Origin: Isurus oxyrinchus
Taxonomy: Eukaryota
DNA length: 64,000 nt
NCBI GenBank assembly: GCA_026770705.1
Contig: JANJGN010000009.1
Coordinates: forward strand, 167,710,001-167,774,000
Reading direction: 5' to 3'
Positions 63,701 through 64,000 of this stretch are shown here, piece after piece. Every line of letters starts with the position of its first letter. The first letter of the stretch is position 1. A program made the position numbers and the translations under genes. The notes under the pieces are model-generated. The model worked only from the letters and a program-made list of their open reading frames with translations, did not search any database and was not told the origin of the DNA.

Positions 63701-64000
63701 ATCTGTCGGCTAGACCAGTCAATTCACTGGCCTTCTCAGCTGACAAGGTACAGTTCATTGACTGCTTTCGTCAGACGTTCTGCCTACTTCACAGCTGTTT
63801 TGGCCCTATGGATAAAATTGCCCCAGTGTCAGGAGGCAATATACTGTGGGAACATTACAACATTAATTATAGTCTGAACCCACCTAATGTAGTGGACATC
63901 TTAATTCTGCTGAACCCCGGGGCCTTGATCATGCTGTTGGCTGGTGCTTTCCATGTATTATTAATGCTTCAGTCCTGCATAAAGTTACTGAGTATATTTT

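Overview
Vertebrate genomic DNA, very probably from a cartilaginous fish (shark). This assignment is inferred from the repeat content: dense CR1 and L2 LINEs, Deu-domain SINEs and Penelope fragments. Two divergently oriented housekeeping genes can be reconstructed exon by exon. MED20 lies on the minus strand: coding exons 2-4 are visible at 19791-19640, 13223-12970 and 9940-9725, while the 14-nt first coding exon is not visible and probably lies in an N-gap. BYSL (bystin) lies on the plus strand with 7 coding exons from 32274 to 47881; its GC-rich exon 1 has three apparent frameshifts that are most likely assembly errors. Most of the remaining sequence is nested transposon debris: CR1, L2, RTE, Tx1/L1, Penelope, SINEs, pogo-like MITEs, a non-autonomous Helitron, Helentron/HINE-like copies and LTR-like inserts. 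The most interesting unexplained items are (i) an orphan CpG-island promoter at ~57.4-57.75 kb with an upstream minisatellite and no recognisable gene, (ii) Penelope-derived hammerhead-ribozyme remnants and hairpins in the putative MED20 3' UTR and introns, and (iii) rolling-circle transposons. I found no firm evidence of a wholly new biological system. No database searches were run, and repeat boundaries are approximate unless terminal motifs are quoted.
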